Below, piece after piece: positions 62,266 to 64,000 of a stretch of DNA of 64,000 nucleotides. Below the pieces are notes generated by a model that did not search any database, was not told where the DNA came from, and saw only the letters and a program-made list of their open reading frames with translations. A program made the position numbers and the translations under genes. This stretch comes from Bacillota bacterium. GTDB taxonomy: Bacteria > Bacillota > Clostridia > Christensenellales > CAMQZB01. The stretch is from the NCBI GenBank assembly GCA_044426085.1, contig JAWXUU010000002.1:36663-100662 (forward strand), written 5' to 3'. Position 1 is the first letter of the stretch; the number at the start of each line of letters is the position of its first letter.

Positions 62266-62914
62266 AAATGCTACTTTTATTAAAAGTGCAGCAGCAAAGG
62301 ACGGCTTTTTGGATACAGACTTGCCAAAGATTGCCGTTGCTGGAAAATCAAACGTTGGCAAGAGCAGTTTTATAAACTTTATTGCCCACAACACAAAGCT
62401 CGCAAGAACTTCAAACACGCCGGGAAGAACACGCCTTGTAAACTATTTCTCGTTTAATAACGACGAATTTTGGCTTGTTGATTTGCCTGGATATGGATAT
62501 GCAAAAGGCTCTAAGGTGGAAATCGCAAACTGGGGTCAACTTATGGAAGACTTTTTTCAAGAAAAGAAGCTAGACCACGTTATCTTTCTTGTGGATATAA
62601 GACACAATCCAACGGCAGATGACAAAAATTTGATGAAATATCTTTATTATTATCAAATACCATTCACTGTTATTGCAACAAAGAAAGATAAAATTCCAAA
62701 AACTAAGGTTAAACAACATCTTGCAATGATTTGTTCTGACCTAGCAATTGGTATTGATAACATCTTTGCAGTTTCATCAGAAAAACGTGATGGCAAAGAC
62801 CTTGTTATGGCACTTTTTGATAAAGTTATTTCCGCAAGAGAGCTCACAAAACAAGTTTTGGCAGAAGCTGAGGCGGAAGAAGAGCAAGACGAACAAGAAG
62901 AAACTGAGGAATAG
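62255..62914 (+). CDS. engB: Ribosome biogenesis GTPase YihA/YsxC (EngB) with an acidic C-terminal tail
   Basis: G1 GKSNVGKSS and G3 DLPGYG motifs. The lon-engB order matches Bacillus lonA-ysxC. C-terminal tail is [17 protein letters not shown]. Confidence 0.92.
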   Translation: MIIKNATFIKSAAAKDGFLDTDLPKIAVAGKSNVGKSSFINFIAHNTKLARTSNTPGRTRLVNYFSFNNDEFWLVDLPGYGYAKGSKVEIANWGQLMEDFFQEKKLDHVIFLVDIRHNPTADDKNLMKYLYYYQIPFTVIATKKDKIPKTKVKQHLAMICSDLAIGIDNIFAVSSEKRDGKDLVMALFDKVISARELTKQVLAEAEAEEEQDEQEETEE

Positions 62915-62920
62915 GATTTC

Positions 62921-62955
62921 AAAAGCACGCATAAATATTTGCGTGCTTTTATTCT
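62921..62955 (+). terminator. Intrinsic terminator after engB
   Basis: AAAAGCACGC (62921-62930) pairs with GCGTGCTTTT (62941-62950). Confidence 0.7.
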
Positions 62956-62985
62956 TTTTATAGCTACATATTAATATGATATAAA

Positions 62986-63642
62986 ATGAAAAAACTATCG
63001 AGATTTAAGAAAAAGCTTATTATCGCATCAAGTGGCATACTTTTCATTTGTATATTTTCCGCATGGATATTTTTATCGCGAATACAGCCGATAATTGTCG
63101 ATATCGCCGAAGCTAAAATTCAGTCTATTGTCATGTCGTCAATAAATAACGCGGTATACAGCGTCATGAGTGAAAAAGTTGAATATGAAGAGCTTGTGAC
63201 TGTGTTTTCAGACAACTCTGGTAAAATAACTATGATTCAAGCTGACACAGTGAAAATCAACAGTCTTGCCCGCGAAACGGCAAGAATATCGCAAGATTCA
63301 ATAAATAAAATTGGCGAACAAGGAATCGATATCGCAGTTGGAACACTGACAGGCTCGCCACTTCTTGCGGGGCAAGGGTCAACCATTCATATAAAAATAA
63401 CGCCAATCGGAACTTGCAACAGCGAACTTGTAAGCGAATTTGAATCGGCGGGAATAAACCAAACAAGGCATAAAATTTATCTTGTTTTAACTGCGGAAGT
63501 TGATATTATTTTGCCTGTGTTCACTTCTTCACTTGTCACAACAACAGACATTCTAGTCTGCGAAAGTATCCTTATTGGCGACGTGCCCGACACCGTTGTA
63601 AATCTAGATTCAAATTTTCTTGATTTCATGCCAAATTCATAA
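62986..63642 (+). CDS. yunB: Sporulation protein YunB
   Basis: 218 aa with an N-terminal TM helix and a sequence character I recall for the YunB family (...INNAVYSV...GQGS.I.I...). Confidence 0.65.
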   Translation: MKKLSRFKKKLIIASSGILFICIFSAWIFLSRIQPIIVDIAEAKIQSIVMSSINNAVYSVMSEKVEYEELVTVFSDNSGKITMIQADTVKINSLARETARISQDSINKIGEQGIDIAVGTLTGSPLLAGQGSTIHIKITPIGTCNSELVSEFESAGINQTRHKIYLVLTAEVDIILPVFTSSLVTTTDILVCESILIGDVPDTVVNLDSNFLDFMPNS

Positions 63643-63659
63643 AATCACCACGTAAATAT

Positions 63660-63688
63660 TTGACAAATTTCTAAAATTGCAATATAAT
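63660..63688 (+). promoter_or_regulatory. Promoter TTGACA-N17-TATAAT
   Basis: TTGACA at 63660-63665, TATAAT at 63683-63688. Confidence 0.6.
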
Positions 63689-63694
63689 CAAACC

Positions 63695-63920
63695 ATAGGC
63701 GTTGATAAAGACAGAAAACGGCAAAATCTTCATACTAGAGAGCAAGAAAAGGTGGAAGCTTGCATGAAGTGGCGGTTTTATTCCCTTTGGAGCTTTGCGT
63801 TGAACGGAAACAAGTAGTACGCAACGGGTTTGCCCGTAACAGCAATTTGAGCGAAAAATTTAGGTGGTACCGTGCTGAACTCTTGCACCCTAAAATATTT
63901 AGGGCAAGAGTTTATTTTTT
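63695..63920 (+). promoter_or_regulatory. T-box riboswitch leader (candidate Phe specifier UUC)
   Basis: GA/K-turn-like TTGATAAAGA, AGAGAG bulge (63737-63742) and GGTGGAA distal loop. T-box sequence AAATTTAGGTGGTACCGTG (63856-63874). Terminator at 63880-63910 plus a T-run. TTC at 63781-63783 sits in the 3' side of the predicted specifier loop. Confidence 0.8.
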
Positions 63921-63938
63921 TATTATAAGGAGTTCGAA

Positions 63939-64000
63939 ATGGAAAGTAAAATCAAAGGGTTGATTGAATCATTCAAAGTGCAACTTAAAGACGCCAAAGA
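63939..64000 (+). CDS. pheS: 5' end of an aminoacyl-tRNA synthetase gene, tentatively phenylalanyl-tRNA synthetase alpha subunit (truncated by window end)
   Basis: AAGGAG RBS. MESKIKGLIESFKVQLKDAK resembles the PheS N-terminal helix, and a T-box lies upstream. Only 20 codons are visible. Confidence 0.35.
   Translation, partial: MESKIKGLIESFKVQLKDAK

Noticed and set aside
63760-63963. 67-aa ORF spanning the second T-box
   Set aside because: It overlaps the conserved T-box and terminator sequences and is out of frame with the downstream RBS-preceded ATG at 63939.

Overview
This is a 64-kb chromosomal window from a low-GC, endospore-forming Firmicute, probably Clostridia-like. Coding regions look roughly 35-40% GC from a few hand-counted lines, and spoIIE, yunB and a DUF421/DUF4363 pair point to sporulation. 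Almost all of it is densely packed core metabolism and housekeeping, mostly on the + strand. In order it contains: a polar amino-acid ABC transporter operon; a T-box(Trp)-controlled trpE-G-D-C-(F-B fused)-A operon; an FGGY kinase and malQ; a divergent XRE regulator plus a 1329-aa repeat-rich surface protein; groES-groEL with CIRCE; dCMP deaminase, a cyclophilin, an MFS transporter and a GT39-like protein; metK; recD2-comF; secA-prfB (+1 frameshift); tsaD-PHP-tsaC-rpiB-upp followed directly by a nine-gene V-type ATPase operon; DUF421/DUF4363; an ECF sigma module with a lipoprotein cyclophilin; a minus-strand YpsA-like cluster; spoIIE-tilS-hpt; lon-engB; yunB; and a second T-box in front of a truncated, probable pheS. 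I found no rRNA, tRNA, CRISPR array, transposase or prophage genes. The items most worth a second look are: (1) two tiny, translationally coupled Cys-rich ORFs, one absent from the ORF track, between a YpsA/DUF1273 SLOG gene and a membrane protein, divergent from spoIIE; (2) four genes with a consensus promoter -10 only 6-9 nt upstream of an ATG and no Shine-Dalgarno, suggesting leaderless mRNAs; (3) a ~47% GC non-coding region at the left edge with hairpin repeats and CCCAA motifs, ending in an ~80-nt two-hairpin module that recurs 22.5 kb away; (4) a trpF-trpB fusion; (5) a membrane-exporter-like/pseudo-HAD fusion; (6) a V-type ATPase at the position where Bacillus has its F-type atp operon. 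All calls rest on my reading of the translated ORFs and on motif recognition. No database search was run, and hand-indexed coordinates of small sites may be off by 1-2 nt.
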